From Chiloscyllium plagiosum (taxonomy: Eukaryota): 64,000 nucleotides of DNA. The notes under the pieces are model-generated. The model was not told the DNA's origin and did no database searches. It saw only the letters and a list, made by a program, of their open reading frames with translations. Location of the stretch: positions 77,412,341 through 77,476,340 of the forward strand of contig NC_057711.1 in assembly GCF_004010195.1 (NCBI RefSeq). Direction: 5' to 3'. Position numbers and translations under genes: made by a program. This document shows, piece by piece, positions 62,071 through 64,000 of the stretch (position 1 is its first letter; each line of letters opens with the position of its first letter).

Positions 62071-64000
62071 GGGGAATTTATTTAATTTTTGCTTAATACC
62101 ACAGCTTCCTTATTCTCCTGCCAATTTCTTATTCAGTTCCAGGATTTTTAATTGGGTTCCTACCACTTTAAGATTTTGTATCAGCTTTCCATCAGTAACA
62201 ACAACAACTTGCATTTATAAAGAACTTCACAGAGAGAAAAAAAATCGAAGATGTTTCAGAGAATGTTTGTTGAATCAAAGATTTAGGGATGAAATTCCAG
62301 GAAGAAAGATTTAGGGGTGAAATTCATGGAAGAAAGGTTGAAGGATGAAATTCCAGAGGCCAGAGCATAACGTACATAGAAAGGAAAGGGTGAGGTCATC
62401 AAGGTTGTTAAACATGAAGATAAGAATTTAGACTTGATAGGTATGGGGCCCAGCAGTAAATGAAGATCAGCAAGAACTGAATGTGTGATGTGATATCAGT
62501 ATGAGAGTTCGGGATAAGCGGAAATCTTTTGGAAGATACAGAACATTTTCAAAGATAAGGGGGCAAAATAAAATCTAATTTGCCTGTTTCTTCAGGCAAA
62601 TGGGTCAAAAAGAACCAGTTTCTGAAAATGCACTCATGTTATTTTTAGTCAGGCAAAGTTTAAGAGTTCCAGGCAACTACCCCATTCAGGCTTTAATCAC
62701 CATGACAACTGTTTCATAAGCCTCTGCCAAAATGCAGAGAATTCATCGTTTTCTTCCTATTGACCAAGTTTTTAGTTACCCTTCCTGATATTCTGCCAGT
62801 TATGCACCTCTCAATTTCTCATGTTTCAACAGCATTTCTGAAAGGAGGCCACTAATAAACAGCAGGATACAAACAGGTGGGTTTATGGTGGATCACAATA
62901 AATAAAAAAGAAACTCAGCAAGTTGGAAACAGATGATGATCACAGTGCCTTGATGAAAATTACACAACCAGGAGGGGAGCAGTTGCTAGGTTTTGTCACC
63001 GTTGTTCTCCGTAATATGGAATTTGATTTATATGAATATATGTATACATCCTTATCATAGCAAAAGAAATGTTTTTTTTCACAATCCTAACTAACATAAA
63101 TTACCTGGATTCAAAACTCAATTTGAAGATGAAAGCAAATTAAGGGGGAGTGTGGAAATGGAAGAGGCAGCACAGATTTTAAAGAATGAATTGCTCAATT
63201 TATGTAAGTGGGACAAGCAACAACAGATGAAAATTAATGCAGATAAATGTAGCATGTTAAAGGCAAATAGACCACAAGTGTACTGTGTAATTGGGGTTTA
63301 AATATGTAAGGATGAGATTGAAAAAGACTTAAGAATTTTAATTAACTTAGCAGGAAAGCATGAGCTGGGTCTTTGATTGAAATTAGGGCCAGTAGGGTAA
63401 ATCCATCGGAAGGAAGAGTGAGCAGGCCAGTTTCTGGACTATTGCTGAGATGGGACCATTAGTGACTAAGAGTGGAGTTTGGTTATAACCTCAAAATAAT
63501 GTGGGACAAAATTGGGGAATCAGGCATAAAAAAAAGACATTGGAACATAGGACTTATGAGCAGGAAGAGGCCATTCAGCCCTTTGAGTTTGCTCCATCAT
63601 TCAAGAGGATAATGGCTGATCTCACTGTGGTCTGAATTCTGCTTTCCACTTAATACAATTGAGATAACATGCAACTACTCAGACAAAATTATCAGTCACA
63701 GTTACCAGTATCAATATGGAGTCACAGAATGCCTGCAAGAAAGAAGGAGGTCATTTGATCTGTCATGTCATGCCATTTCTCAGCAAGAGCAACTTGACTC
63801 CCAACCTTTTCAACATAGGCCTATACATAAGATTTCTTCAGATAATTATCCATTACCCTTTTGAAAGGTGTAAATAAATCTGCCTCCACTAAACTCTCAG
63901 CAATACATTCCATATCCTAACTAGTTGTTACATTAAAAAAAAAAATTCTCATTTCACTGTCATATAGAGTCATACAGCATGGAAACAGATCTTTCAGTCC

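Noticed and set aside
62285..62356. Three spaced copies of g(a/g)tgaaattc resembling a CRISPR-like array
   Set aside because: Short degenerate local duplications in eukaryotic DNA with related spacers and no cas genes.

Overview
Eukaryotic (vertebrate) genomic DNA, almost certainly from a cartilaginous fish (shark-type HE1/V-SINEs, Deu-domain SINEs, abundant CR1 and Penelope-like elements). The only host protein-coding gene I can support is an uninterrupted forkhead-box ORF at 51545-52507 (+) with FoxB2-diagnostic residues. It lies in a CpG-rich, transposon-poor island (~48-55 kb). The first ~47.5 kb are dominated by nested retroelements: several CR1 LINEs, a full-length decayed L1 with TSDs and a YY1 motif at its 5' end, a young 5'-truncated Tx1-like element, and at least three Penelope-like (PLE) families whose pseudo-LTRs carry minimal hammerhead-ribozyme motifs. 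There is also a Harbinger transposase fossil and, downstream of the gene, a possible KDZ/Zisupton-like transposase fossil. Two N-gaps both fall inside TSD-bounded young insertions. I see no convincing wholly new system. The most interesting leads are the tandem hammerheads in the 14.1-15.2 kb PLE, the tiny hammerhead-bearing PLE derivatives, the foxb2 5' leader (uORF versus intron) and the 60.4-62.1 kb fossil ORF. All family assignments are from motif recognition by eye, not database searches, and boundaries without TSDs are approximate.
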